A stretch of DNA of 64,000 nucleotides from an uncultured Gemmatimonadales bacterium (GCA_963795085.1 CAWCFX010000006.1:576001-640000), one strand, 5' to 3'. Positions 36,144 to 45,984 are shown, numbered from the stretch's first letter. Notes: generated by a model not told the origin, from the sequence alone. Program-made: numbers and translations.

Positions 36144-37826
36144 ATGCCCCAGCCCCTTCGCAAGATCGGCGTCATCGGCCCGGGAATCGTGGGCATGCCG
36201 ATGGCGGCACTGCTGGCCGATGCCGGCATCACGGGCGGCGACGGCCCGCCCGCCCGGGTGCTGGTGGTTCAGCGGAACTCGGCCACCTCGGGCTGGAAGG
36301 TCGAGGCCATCAACCAGGGCCGCTCGCCGATCGGCGGGGTGGAACCTGACCTCGACCGAATCGTGGCGCAGGCGCATGCCGCCGGCCGTCTCTCCGCCAG
36401 TCATGACATGGCCGATTTGCGTGACGCCGACGTGGTGCTGGTCTCGGTCCAGACCGACAAGGCGGGCATCCAGCCGGACTACGGCCCCCTGTTCGAGGCC
36501 CTCGATGGCCTGGTCCGCGCCTTTCAGGACCGCCCCGCCGGCCAGGTACCCCTCGTCATCTTCGAGTCCACGCTGGCCCCGTCCTCCATGGCCACGCTGG
36601 TGCGCGACCACTTTGCCCGGCACGGACTGGTGGACGGCCGGGACGTCCTGCTGGGGAACAGCCCCAACCGGGTCATGCCCGGCCGACTGGTGGAACGGGT
36701 CGCCGAGTCGGATAAAGTGGTGGCGGGGCTCCGGCCGGAAACCGCCGAGCGGATCCGGCAACTCTATTCCCGGATCGTCACCCGGGGCACCCTGCACGTC
36801 ACCAATTCTCTGACGGCCGAGGTCGTGAAGACGCTGGAGAACGCCTACCGGGACGTGCGGATCGCCTACTCCAGTGAAGTGGCGCGCTGGTGCGATGAAC
36901 GCGACATCGATTTCTACGAGGTGCGCCAGCGGGTCAACGAGCGGCTGGCCCAGACCGATGCCGCCACCCGGGACCCCAACGCGGTGCCCAGCGGCGGCCT
37001 GCTCATCCCCACCATCGGCGTGGGCGGCCATTGCCTGCCCAAGGACGGCATCCTGCTCTGGTGGCGGCTGCTGGAGAGTGGCGAGGACACCACCCGAAGC
37101 CTGATCCTGGAGGCACGCCGCATCAACGACGAAAGCCCCCGGGCGACCCTGGCTCTCGCCGAGCGAAAGTTCGGCCCTTTGAAAGGACGCCGCATCGCGC
37201 TCCTCGGCACCGCCTACCGCTTCAACAGCGAAGACACCAGGAACTCCCCCACGCTGCCCCTGGCACAACTGCTCCAGGAGCGCGGGGCGCTGGTCACCCT
37301 GCACGATCCCTTTGTTTACGAACGGGACCAGAATCTCCACCGCGCCGGCCTGGCAGAGCACTTCACGCGCGACCTGGGCCGAGCACTCGACGGGGCGGAG
37401 CTGGTCTTCTTCTGCACCGCCCACCGGGCCTACCTGGAGGCCCGGCTGAGGATCCTGGCCACGCCATCGCTGGCGGGGCTGGTGGACGGCTGCAATCTGC
37501 TCCAGCCGGAGCAACTGGACGGCATGGCCGGCCGGGCGACCGGGATCGGGAGGGGAAAGGCCGCACCCCCGGAGGCGGTACTTGGGGATGTCGAGCGGGG
37601 ATTTCGGATCGTGGAGACCGGCGTGGCCAACGAGGTCGCATCGGTGATCGGCTATCTCAACGAACACTATGCCGCCGACGACTACAACCGGGTCCGCTTC
37701 GCCGAGGTGCAGCGCATCGCCGCGACCTGCGTGACCGGCTGCCATATCGCGGCGCCAGGCCCGGTTGCCCCGGCCGCGTTCCAGACCGGCTTTACCTCCC
37801 GGCTGGTTGCGCGGGCAGGTTCCTGA
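36144..37826 (+). CDS. Nucleotide-sugar dehydrogenase (UDP-Glc/GDP-Man/UDP-ManNAc DH family)
   Basis: IGPGIVGMP, FEST, PNRVMPG, KTLENAYRDV, GVGGHCLPKD and DTRNSP motifs. Confidence 0.9.
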   Translation: MPQPLRKIGVIGPGIVGMPMAALLADAGITGGDGPPARVLVVQRNSATSGWKVEAINQGRSPIGGVEPDLDRIVAQAHAAGRLSASHDMADLRDADVVLVSVQTDKAGIQPDYGPLFEALDGLVRAFQDRPAGQVPLVIFESTLAPSSMATLVRDHFARHGLVDGRDVLLGNSPNRVMPGRLVERVAESDKVVAGLRPETAERIRQLYSRIVTRGTLHVTNSLTAEVVKTLENAYRDVRIAYSSEVARWCDERDIDFYEVRQRVNERLAQTDAATRDPNAVPSGGLLIPTIGVGGHCLPKDGILLWWRLLESGEDTTRSLILEARRINDESPRATLALAERKFGPLKGRRIALLGTAYRFNSEDTRNSPTLPLAQLLQERGALVTLHDPFVYERDQNLHRAGLAEHFTRDLGRALDGAELVFFCTAHRAYLEARLRILATPSLAGLVDGCNLLQPEQLDGMAGRATGIGRGKAAPPEAVLGDVERGFRIVETGVANEVASVIGYLNEHYAADDYNRVRFAEVQRIAATCVTGCHIAAPGPVAPAAFQTGFTSRLVARAGS

Positions 37827-39597
37827 CCGCCGCCCGCCCGTACACCGTCGCCACGTAGCTGGCGTGTCCCTGCCGGTCATAACGGGTGACGTACCACGCC
37901 ACCGGTGTCATCCCCCGCCGCCGCGCCTCCGCCAGGATCCGCTGCTGCTCCAGGTCCCAGGGCGGCTTCCCCGGCGGCGCCACCACGACCGCCAGCGCAG
38001 GATTGAAGCGTTCCCACCCATCGAGATTGAGATAGGAACCGGGGCCCGGCCGGTACCGGATACTGAAGGCCTGCACCCGGCTCTCGAGCGCCAGGCCATC
38101 GGCCGACGTGCCGACCACCACCCGGTCGGCCAGGGGCAGCGACCGGGTGAAATCCCTGAACTGCTCGATCGCTGTCGCGGCGGCAAACTGGGGCTGCCGG
38201 AGATAGTCCGCGAACCGGAGCGGATCGCTGATCAGAAACAGGGCGATGAACGGCCACGCCGGGAGTACCATGGGCCGGAGGGGAAATCGCTGCGCGGCCA
38301 GCCTCGCCGCCAGGGCGCCCGCGATGATCGCCAGCGCGACCAGCAGTGCCGCTGCCGCGGACCGACGGGCCGGATCCCCGGGCATCACCCCCCACCGCGG
38401 GAGAAAGACCAGGGCCTGGAGGTAGAGCCCCGTCACCAGTCCGGCCAGGGCCCCCAGCGTGAGCGCCCGCCACCGGCCGCCCCGGGCCAGCAGCGCGGAC
38501 CGGGCCGGCAGCCGAAGGCCGGTGACTTGGACGGCGGCGCTCGCCAGGAATGCCAGCGGCGGCAGCAGCAGCAGGAAACGCCGCTCCGGCTGGTACCGCT
38601 GGCTGGCCAGAAAGAGGAGACCGGCCCCCAGCCAGATCCAGCAGAACAGTTCTTCCACATCCATACGCTGCCGCACCGCCCGCCCCAGCCGCGCCACGGC
38701 GAAGAGCACGGCCGGCAGCAGCAGGGTGGCACACTGGACGAAGAATCCGTCCACCACGAATCCGAAGGCGTCCCATCCCAGGAGCGGGACCCGGCGCGCC
38801 GCGGCATGGGCTTCGGCGCCGTACACGTTGAGCAGGCTGATGCCCATCTGCTGGCTGATGGCATCCCAGTTGGGCAGGATGACCAGCAATCCCAGCACCG
38901 CCCCGGCAACCAGGACCACAGCGCCAAACCAGAGCGGTTGCCGCCACGCGAACGCCGGGCCCGGCCAGCCGCGGCGGCTCCGGAGCCAGTGCGTCAGCCA
39001 GAAGATCGCGAGAACGAGGCCCATCACCGCGGCCGACGGCTTGGCCAGCAGGGCCAGCACGAAGCAGAGCCCCGCCACCGGCCAGAGAACGGGGCGCCGG
39101 AAGGCGTGGAACAGGCACGCCACCATGCCGGTGACGCAGAGGAGCTGGAGCGATTCGGTAAGGCCCACCCGGTTGTGGGTGAGCAGCAGGTAGCTCACCG
39201 CCAGCACCAGCGCCGGGGGAAGCGCCCGGCCGATGGGCAGCCGGGCGCGAAGGCCGGCGTAGAACACCACGCAGGTCAGCACCCCGGCCAGCGCGCTCAG
39301 CATGCGGGTCTCGGCGAGTCCCAGCCCCACCAACCGGTACCATCCCTCCAGGGCCACGGTGTAGAGCGGGGCGGCGAAGAGACCCGGATTGGCCTCGTCC
39401 AGCACCCACCGGCCGAAGAGAAAATGCTGCCGGGCGTTGTGGGCCCAGGCGCCCTCGTCGGCCAGCCACCCATAGGCAAAGTCCTGTGGCGGGTCGGCCG
39501 CGAGGAACAGCAGCCGGGGCAGCACCGCCACGGCGACGATGAGCAGCGTCGCGGCCAGGTCCTGCCGCCAGGAGCCGGGCCGGCGGAACTCGGTCAT
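37792..39597 (-). CDS. ArnT/PMT-like GT-C membrane glycosyltransferase
   Basis: LPRLLFL, ADEGAWAHNAR, APLY, RMLSAL, GLTES, LAKP and ERRFLLLLP motifs. Confidence 0.75.
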   Translation of the reverse strand: MTEFRRPGSWRQDLAATLLIVAVAVLPRLLFLAADPPQDFAYGWLADEGAWAHNARQHFLFGRWVLDEANPGLFAAPLYTVALEGWYRLVGLGLAETRMLSALAGVLTCVVFYAGLRARLPIGRALPPALVLAVSYLLLTHNRVGLTESLQLLCVTGMVACLFHAFRRPVLWPVAGLCFVLALLAKPSAAVMGLVLAIFWLTHWLRSRRGWPGPAFAWRQPLWFGAVVLVAGAVLGLLVILPNWDAISQQMGISLLNVYGAEAHAAARRVPLLGWDAFGFVVDGFFVQCATLLLPAVLFAVARLGRAVRQRMDVEELFCWIWLGAGLLFLASQRYQPERRFLLLLPPLAFLASAAVQVTGLRLPARSALLARGGRWRALTLGALAGLVTGLYLQALVFLPRWGVMPGDPARRSAAAALLVALAIIAGALAARLAAQRFPLRPMVLPAWPFIALFLISDPLRFADYLRQPQFAAATAIEQFRDFTRSLPLADRVVVGTSADGLALESRVQAFSIRYRPGPGSYLNLDGWERFNPALAVVVAPPGKPPWDLEQQRILAEARRRGMTPVAWYVTRYDRQGHASYVATVYGRAAVRNLPAQPAGR

Positions 39598-40628
39598 GCG
39601 GACACCGGGGTGCGCGCCACCCCCAGCCGGTCCAGGGTCGCCTCGATCTCGGAGAACTCGGTGGCATCCACCCGAACCCGGTTCGCGGCGTCAAAGGATG
39701 CGATCGGCCGATCCGGTCCCGGCAGGCCGAGCATGGCGCCCGCCGCCATTCGGACGGTTTCCTCCGGATTCCGGCAGAATTGTTCGTAGGACACTACCCG
39801 GAAGCGGGAACCCAGCGTCTCCTGCTGACGCCGCATCAGGCCGCGATGAAATGCCACCTGGCGGCAGACCGATTCGATGGGTGATCCGGCGGAGGGGCCG
39901 GGATCGTGGAAGCCATAGGGTGTCGCCTCGTCGCCGTGGATTTCGCGGCGGGCCCGGAGCAGCGACTGGGCGAGAAAGCCGGGATCCCGGTCCAGGCAGA
40001 GGAACGAAGCCGTGGGCAGCGCCTCCGCCACCAGGTGGGCCACCGCGTTCAGGTTGTTGTTCTTCGCGACCAGGGGACGCCCGGTGAGCGATTCCAGCGC
40101 CCCGAAGAATTGGACCATTTCGCCACGCCGACCGGGTTGCAGGGCGGCGGGAATGCGGGAACGGTCGATTCCCAGCCAGCGATCCCAGAGGTAGAGGGCG
40201 TCGTTCGACCCGGCGAGCCTGCGGCTGCGGCCGTAGTAGCTGTGAAAATCGGCGGGGGGCCTCTTGATGCGGCGGCCCAGCACGGCGTTGGCGGTGAGCG
40301 GTGCCCGGGGAAACAACGATGTCAGGTTGTTGAAGTACGCCACCGGAAGGTGGCTGATGAGGACCTGGGAGACCAGCGTGGTGCCAGAGCGCGGCGGGCC
40401 GCAGACGAACAGCAGAGGGCGGATCGGCGGACCGGCCCGCCGAGTGCGCCGCCGCTCGGCGAGCGAGAGCACCAGGTCGAACGGGGTGAGCGCGAGACCG
40501 GCCAGCGCCGAGCCCATGGCAAACCGCGCGGCCGGATCCCCGGTTCGGAGCAGGCGAAACGCCAATCCGAAGGGATCGTGGAAGTGGGCCGGAACGAATT
40601 TGTGCAGGGTGGCGCGGAGGAACTGCAT
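39594..40628 (-). CDS. PAPS-dependent sulfotransferase
   Basis: FVCGPPRSGTTL (5'-PSB loop), LDRDP...QSLL and VSYEQFCRNP motifs. Confidence 0.85.
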   Translation of the reverse strand: MQFLRATLHKFVPAHFHDPFGLAFRLLRTGDPAARFAMGSALAGLALTPFDLVLSLAERRRTRRAGPPIRPLLFVCGPPRSGTTLVSQVLISHLPVAYFNNLTSLFPRAPLTANAVLGRRIKRPPADFHSYYGRSRRLAGSNDALYLWDRWLGIDRSRIPAALQPGRRGEMVQFFGALESLTGRPLVAKNNNLNAVAHLVAEALPTASFLCLDRDPGFLAQSLLRARREIHGDEATPYGFHDPGPSAGSPIESVCRQVAFHRGLMRRQQETLGSRFRVVSYEQFCRNPEETVRMAAGAMLGLPGPDRPIASFDAANRVRVDATEFSEIEATLDRLGVARTPVSA

Positions 40629-40685
40629 GGAAGGAGTAAAGGGGGCAAGGGGGCCCAGGGGCAAGGGGCCCGGTGGGTGGAGAGC

Positions 40686-40788
40686 CAGTGGGACAGTGGG
40701 ACAGTGGGACAGTGGGACAGTGGGCAGTGGGACAGTGGGACAGTGGGACAGTGGGACAGTGGGACAGTGGGCCAGTGGGACAGTGGGC
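40686..40788. repeat. Octamer tandem repeat (CAGTGGGA) x ~13
   Basis: 13 units counted, one 7-bp unit and two CAGTGGGC variants. Preceded by degenerate AGGGGGCA/AGGGGCCC-type octamers. Confidence 0.95.
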
Positions 40789-40822
40789 GGGTCGGCACGG
40801 CCGGGAACCGCATAATGGTTGC

Positions 40823-42076
40823 TTACGCCAGGGCGAATGCCGGCGCGCGGTCCCCCGCCGTTCCCGCGAGGACTTGCTGGTGGCGCATGAGGGCATCGGC
40901 GAAGTACTTGGTGGCCCAGTTCAGGATTTCGAAACGGCCGTAGCCGCCGCTCAGGGGGTAGGAACCCTTGATGCCGCCCCGGAGGCCGTCGAGGTCGCTT
41001 CGCCGGTTCTGAGTCCGCTTGAGAAAGGCAAGGATCCGGGGGACCGGCTCCAGCCATTCCCGCCGCCCGGTGATCACGTAAAGCCGCATCCAGTTGTTGG
41101 CCATCTGGGCTTCGCCGGTGAGACAGCTCCAGGAGGCGGCACCGGTCCAGTCGGGATTGAACCGGCCGGCCATCCACCCCTCGGGAGAGACCCGGCCGAG
41201 GAGCGCTTGCGCGGCCCGGCTGCCGGACTCGAGCAGTTGTTCGTCCTCCAGCACCCGGCCGCCTTCGAGCAGGCCGCGGATGGTGTAGGCCAGCGTGTGG
41301 AGCAGCGGATGGGCCGGGTCGGTGAGACAACAGTTGGGGAACCAGCCGTTGGCGGCCTGCTCCCGGCGGACGGCATGGAGGTTCCGGGCGGCGGCGTCCT
41401 TGAACGCCGGGACCTGGAGCCGGACACCGGCCTCGGCCAGGGCCCAGGCCACCCGTGCGTTGTACAGCGTCGTCTCGGCCCTGGCGAACTGGGAGTTCCC
41501 CTTGCGCCAGTGGCCGTCCGGCTGCATGACCTCGACCAGGTACTCGCCGGCGCGGCGGGCGGCCGCCTCGAAGGCCGGATCGCCGGTCCATTCGAAGGCC
41601 GCCAGCCAGCCCAGCATCACCTGGCCGGTATTGAAGACGGCGGGGGTGCGGCCCTGCCCGATGACCCCCCCCTGCACCGCTCCGCTGTCCATCTGGATTT
41701 CGCACTCCCACCGGGCAGCCCGCACGGCCCGGTCGGCCAGGTCGGGCCGGCCGAGGTGGTGGGACGCTTCCAGCAGGGTGGGGATGATATAGCCGGTGGT
41801 TTCCGGGTAGTCGGCCTGCCAGCCGGCCCCGCCGAAGTAGGCGTTGTAGGCGACCGAGAAACCTCTCGCGATCCCGCCCCCGGGGGAGGCATCCTGCGCA
41901 GCTTGGAGCCATTCGATTGCCGCGACAAGGTGGGGTCGATGGGTCGCGTCGACCTCGTGTCCCCGGGCTTCGGCCAGCAGCTCAAGACAGGCCGTCGGGT
42001 TCAGCGCGGGCACTGCGCGGATACTACGGCACCGTCCGTCAATTGCACGGAACAGATGAGAGAAAAATTCGGCCAT
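40823..42076 (-). CDS. Alpha/alpha-barrel (prenyltransferase/squalene-oxidase-repeat-like) protein of glycan clusters
   Basis: AIEWLQAAQD, YPETTGYIIPT, FNTGQVMLG, Q..DG.W repeats, HTLAY and NWATKYFADAL motifs. Confidence 0.7.
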   Translation of the reverse strand: MAEFFSHLFRAIDGRCRSIRAVPALNPTACLELLAEARGHEVDATHRPHLVAAIEWLQAAQDASPGGGIARGFSVAYNAYFGGAGWQADYPETTGYIIPTLLEASHHLGRPDLADRAVRAARWECEIQMDSGAVQGGVIGQGRTPAVFNTGQVMLGWLAAFEWTGDPAFEAAARRAGEYLVEVMQPDGHWRKGNSQFARAETTLYNARVAWALAEAGVRLQVPAFKDAAARNLHAVRREQAANGWFPNCCLTDPAHPLLHTLAYTIRGLLEGGRVLEDEQLLESGSRAAQALLGRVSPEGWMAGRFNPDWTGAASWSCLTGEAQMANNWMRLYVITGRREWLEPVPRILAFLKRTQNRRSDLDGLRGGIKGSYPLSGGYGRFEILNWATKYFADALMRHQQVLAGTAGDRAPAFALA

Positions 42077-42230
42077 GCGAGCAGAATGGGGCACCGGCAA
42101 CACCCGTGGCAGGATTAAGGGCCAGGAGAACCGCCACCAACCTAATCTGGAAAGGGCGGTAGAACGAGTATTCGTCTATAATTAGGCCGAGAGATTTCCG
42201 CCCAACGCCCAGAGGGAGGTAGCGGCAGAC

Positions 42231-43169
42231 ATGGCACCGCTTTTTTTTATCGTTGGATTTCAGCGAAGCGGTACGACGCTCCTCCGGATGATGCTCGACA
42301 GCCATCCCGAAATCGCCATCCCGCTGGATGTCGTCGGCCTTTGGGCCCGTTACGAAGAGCAGCTTCCGCAATATAACTTTCTCACGGACGCAGCTGATAT
42401 CCGGCGGATGGTCCAGGATATTCTCCGGGAGGACCGGATCAGGCTTTGGCAGGTTCCTCTCGACACGGACCAGATTCTTGAGTTGAGGTCATCCCCCGGG
42501 CTTGCCGGAATCGTGGATGCCTTTGGGACGGCATACGCCCGGGCCAAGGGCAAGCGATTCTGGGGGGACAAGGATCCCGGGAACATGGTCCGCATCGATC
42601 AGCTCAACCGGTGGTTTCCATCGAGCCGCATCATCCACATAATCCGAGACGGTCGTGACGCCTGCCTTTCACATTTGGAGCAGGATTTTGGCCATAAGGA
42701 CGTACTGGCCTGCGCCAGCGCCTGGCGCGAGGAGATCGAATGGGTCCGGCGAATCGGCCGCCTGCTCGGTAATGCCCGTTATTTTGAGCTTCGATACGAA
42801 GACTTGCTGGCCGACCCCGAGACGGTTCTGGCCAGGGTGACAACCTTTATTGGGGTTCCTTACTCGGCCCGAATGCTGGAATACCACACCAGGGTAGACC
42901 AGGGGATTCCGCGCGAGAAGCGCCACATTTGGAAGCACATTGGCGAACCGCCCCGGCTGGATAATGCAGCAAAGTGGAAGCGGGAGATGCGCCGCCCCCT
43001 GCGAATCTGCTTCGAGAAGCGCGCAGGAATGGCTCTCCGTGACCTGGGGTACGAGGTGCTTTCCCATCCCGGAGGGGCGTACGTGGAGGAAATGAGGCAG
43101 TTGGCTGGGAGGGCATGGACGGCACTCCGAGAGCGGATGCGGTCGGGACGCACGGCGCGCCCGGTGTGA
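42231..43169 (+). CDS. PAPS-dependent sulfotransferase
   Basis: FIVGFQRSGTTLLRMMLDSHP, WGDKDP, IIRDGRDACLS and RYEDLLADP motifs; GGGAGG RBS. Confidence 0.92.
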   Translation: MAPLFFIVGFQRSGTTLLRMMLDSHPEIAIPLDVVGLWARYEEQLPQYNFLTDAADIRRMVQDILREDRIRLWQVPLDTDQILELRSSPGLAGIVDAFGTAYARAKGKRFWGDKDPGNMVRIDQLNRWFPSSRIIHIIRDGRDACLSHLEQDFGHKDVLACASAWREEIEWVRRIGRLLGNARYFELRYEDLLADPETVLARVTTFIGVPYSARMLEYHTRVDQGIPREKRHIWKHIGEPPRLDNAAKWKREMRRPLRICFEKRAGMALRDLGYEVLSHPGGAYVEEMRQLAGRAWTALRERMRSGRTARPV

Positions 43170-44662
43170 CTCTGACCGACCCCAAGGAAGTTCCCGCCAG
43201 CGCAGCCGCGACGCAGCGGGGGCTGGACGATTCCCTCATGAGAGGCCTGGCGTGGACCGGGGCCATCAAGTGGGCCACGCAGTTGTTCAGCTGGGGGTCG
43301 ATGCTGGTCATCGCCCGTATCCTGACACCGGCTGATTTCGGACTGGTTGGGATGGCGACCATCTACCTCGGCCTTGTCCAGTTGATCAACGAATTCGGTC
43401 TCGGGGCCGCTATTATCCGGCAACGGAACCTCACCGAAGATCAGATCGCGGAACTGGGAGGGCTTTCAGCCGCGTTCGGTGTATTCCTCTGGGGTGTTTC
43501 GATCCTCGTATCGGGGTTTATTGCGACCTTCTTCGGCGAGCCGGCAGTCCGCTGGATCGTGATTGCGCTAGGTTCGACATTCGTCCTTTCCGCCCTCCGC
43601 GTCCTCCCGAAATCTCTGCTCGCCCGGGAACTACGGTTCAAGCGGGCCAGTGCGCTGAACGGTATCGAAGGCCTGGTGGCGCCTGCCGTCACCCTGGGGT
43701 TGGCCATCCTCGGGTACCGCTACTGGTCTATCGTGTTTGGCAGTATCGCGGGGAGCTTCGTCGCGACCGGCTTCGGCCTGTATTGGCGTCATCACCGATT
43801 GGCATTTCCCCGCGGTCTCGCGAAGATTGCCGAGCCGCTGAAGTTCGGATGGCATATAGTGGGAGCCCGCGTGGCCTGGTATCTGTACAGCACGGCGGAC
43901 TTTACCATCGTCGGCCGCATGTTCAACAAGAATGTGCTGGGCGGATACAACTTTGCGTGGACGCTCGCCAGCCTGCCAGTCACCCGGATCGGCGACCTGG
44001 TGGCGCAGGTGACACCCGCGATTTTTTCGGCCGTCCAGGATGACCAGGCCGCATTGCGGCGCTATCTCCTCCGGCTCACCGAAGGGCTCGCTCTGGTCAC
44101 CTTTCCCTTCTCCGTCGGCCTGGCGCTGGTCGCCGAGGATTTCATTCATGTCATGCTCGGTTCCCAATGGAGCGTCGCGGTGGTGCCCCTCCGCCTGCTG
44201 GCCTTTTATGCGGGGTTTCGCTGCATCACCCTGCTCTTCCCGCAGGTCCTCGCGGCGGTCGGCCGTTCCCGCAGTCAGATGATGCTGAGCATCCTTGGCC
44301 TGATCGTAATGCCTCCGCTCTTTTTCATCGGAGGAAGGCTGGGGGACGTCGCGGGGGTGGCCTGGGCCTGGATCGTCGGCTACCCGATTGTCATGTTCCC
44401 AGCGTTCTGGCAGGTGTTCGCGATTACCGGGATCCGCACGAGGGAATATATTGCGACCCTGTGGCCCGCGATCCTGGGAACCGCCCTGATGGCGGCCGTC
44501 GTCCTGGCCCTCCAGCAATTCGTCAGCCCGGACCTGCCGCGGCTGACCAGCCTTCTTCTCCAGTCCTCTGCGGGCGCACTCGCGTATGGGTTCTTCTTGC
44601 TGGTCAGCCAAAAACACCGGCTCCGTACCCTCCGGAGGATGATGGGAGAGCTCCGCCGTTGA
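43166..44662 (+). CDS. WzxC-like flippase (lipopolysaccharide biosynthesis protein)
   Basis: GLAW, ARILTPADFGLVGMA, LLARELRFK, DFTIVGR and LGSQW motifs; GTGA coupling. Confidence 0.9.
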   Translation: MTLTDPKEVPASAAATQRGLDDSLMRGLAWTGAIKWATQLFSWGSMLVIARILTPADFGLVGMATIYLGLVQLINEFGLGAAIIRQRNLTEDQIAELGGLSAAFGVFLWGVSILVSGFIATFFGEPAVRWIVIALGSTFVLSALRVLPKSLLARELRFKRASALNGIEGLVAPAVTLGLAILGYRYWSIVFGSIAGSFVATGFGLYWRHHRLAFPRGLAKIAEPLKFGWHIVGARVAWYLYSTADFTIVGRMFNKNVLGGYNFAWTLASLPVTRIGDLVAQVTPAIFSAVQDDQAALRRYLLRLTEGLALVTFPFSVGLALVAEDFIHVMLGSQWSVAVVPLRLLAFYAGFRCITLLFPQVLAAVGRSRSQMMLSILGLIVMPPLFFIGGRLGDVAGVAWAWIVGYPIVMFPAFWQVFAITGIRTREYIATLWPAILGTALMAAVVLALQQFVSPDLPRLTSLLLQSSAGALAYGFFLLVSQKHRLRTLRRMMGELRR

Positions 44663-45984
44663 CGAGTCTGGAACGGCCACGTCGTCCCGTCGTCATCCTC
44701 GCCTACCACTATCCGCCCAGCCGCGAGGTGGGCGGGCTGCGGGCGGCAAAAGTGGCGCGGGCCCTTCGGGACGCGGGCCACCAGGTCACGGTAGTCACCG
44801 CCCGGCTGCCGGACGAGACCGCCATGCTCCGGGAGGAACAGCCGGGTCTGCGGGTCGTGGCGGTAGCGCCCCACCGAAATCCGCGGGAGCTCTACCTGGC
44901 TTGGAAACACCGCAGAAGGGCGTCCCCCGAATCGGGCATGGCGCCCGCCGCCGAAGATCCCGGTACACCGGCCGCGGGGCAGGTTCCGCTCTGGAAACGG
45001 CTGATTTTTTCCCTGCTCTGGCTGCCGGACGATACCCAGGGATTCATTGGCCCCGCCGTTCGGGCCGCGCGCGCCGCGGCCCCGGGGAACGATGTGTTGT
45101 ACTATACGACCGCGCCCCCCTTCACGGCTCACCTGGCCGGCTGGTGGCTCCGGCGGCGCACCGGGTCCCGATGGATCGCCGAGTTCCGGGACCCCTGGAC
45201 CGACAATCCATGGAAACCAGATCACGTCCGGACGGCAGCGTCCGATGCGATCGAACGGTGGCTGGAACGGCAGTGCCTCAGGGCCGCCGACCTCGTGGTC
45301 TGCGTGTCCGAAGGGATTGAGCGGCTGATGCGGAAGAAATTGCCCGCCCGGCCGGAGAGGGTCATCCTGGTCCGCAACGGGATTGACCACCTGGCGCCCG
45401 GGCCGGCTGAACTGCCGGCCTCGGGACCGTTCCGGATCGTGCATGTCGGGTCCTTTTATCACGGCCGGGACCCCCGCCCGTTTCTCCAAGGCCTCGCGCT
45501 GCTGCGGTCCACCCGGCCGCTGACAGCCGATGACATCCTGGTGGACCTCGTGGGCCAGTGCCGCTGGTTTGACGGGGTGTCCATTGAAGCGACGGCCCGG
45601 GACCTGGGAGTCGCGGACCTGGTAAGATTCGACGACTGGGTTCCCCATGCCCGGGCGCAGCACCTGGTCGGGTCAGCCGACCTGCTGCTCCTCCTGGCCC
45701 AGAACCAGCCCGACCAGGTCCCCAACAAGCTGTACGAGTACCTGGGAGTGCGGCGGCCGATTCTCGCGTTCGTGGACGAGGGGGGGGAGTCCGCGCGAAT
45801 GCTGCTGGAGGCACAGGGTCACTTTCCGTTGTTCGACGACGACCCCGCCGCTGCCGCCAGCGCCATCGCCACTGCCCTCTCCCGGCGGCACCGCCGCCTC
45901 GCCACTGGAGAAGACCTTCTGCAGACGTGGACCAGCGAACAGCAGCTGTCCCGGCTGATTCACGCAGTGGAGATAATGCCATGA
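44659..45984 (+). CDS. GT4 glycosyltransferase
   Basis: AYHYPP...GGLR, TAPPF, EFRDPW, HVGSFY and PNKLYEY motifs. Confidence 0.85.
   Translation: MTSLERPRRPVVILAYHYPPSREVGGLRAAKVARALRDAGHQVTVVTARLPDETAMLREEQPGLRVVAVAPHRNPRELYLAWKHRRRASPESGMAPAAEDPGTPAAGQVPLWKRLIFSLLWLPDDTQGFIGPAVRAARAAAPGNDVLYYTTAPPFTAHLAGWWLRRRTGSRWIAEFRDPWTDNPWKPDHVRTAASDAIERWLERQCLRAADLVVCVSEGIERLMRKKLPARPERVILVRNGIDHLAPGPAELPASGPFRIVHVGSFYHGRDPRPFLQGLALLRSTRPLTADDILVDLVGQCRWFDGVSIEATARDLGVADLVRFDDWVPHARAQHLVGSADLLLLLAQNQPDQVPNKLYEYLGVRRPILAFVDEGGESARMLLEAQGHFPLFDDDPAAAASAIATALSRRHRRLATGEDLLQTWTSEQQLSRLIHAVEIMP

Noticed and set aside
40686..40788. CRISPR array, or a coding repeat (PTVPLSHC) in ORF 39594-41912
   Set aside because: These are 8-bp tandem units without spacers and there are no cas genes. 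The sulfotransferase starts at 40628, so the repeat is intergenic.
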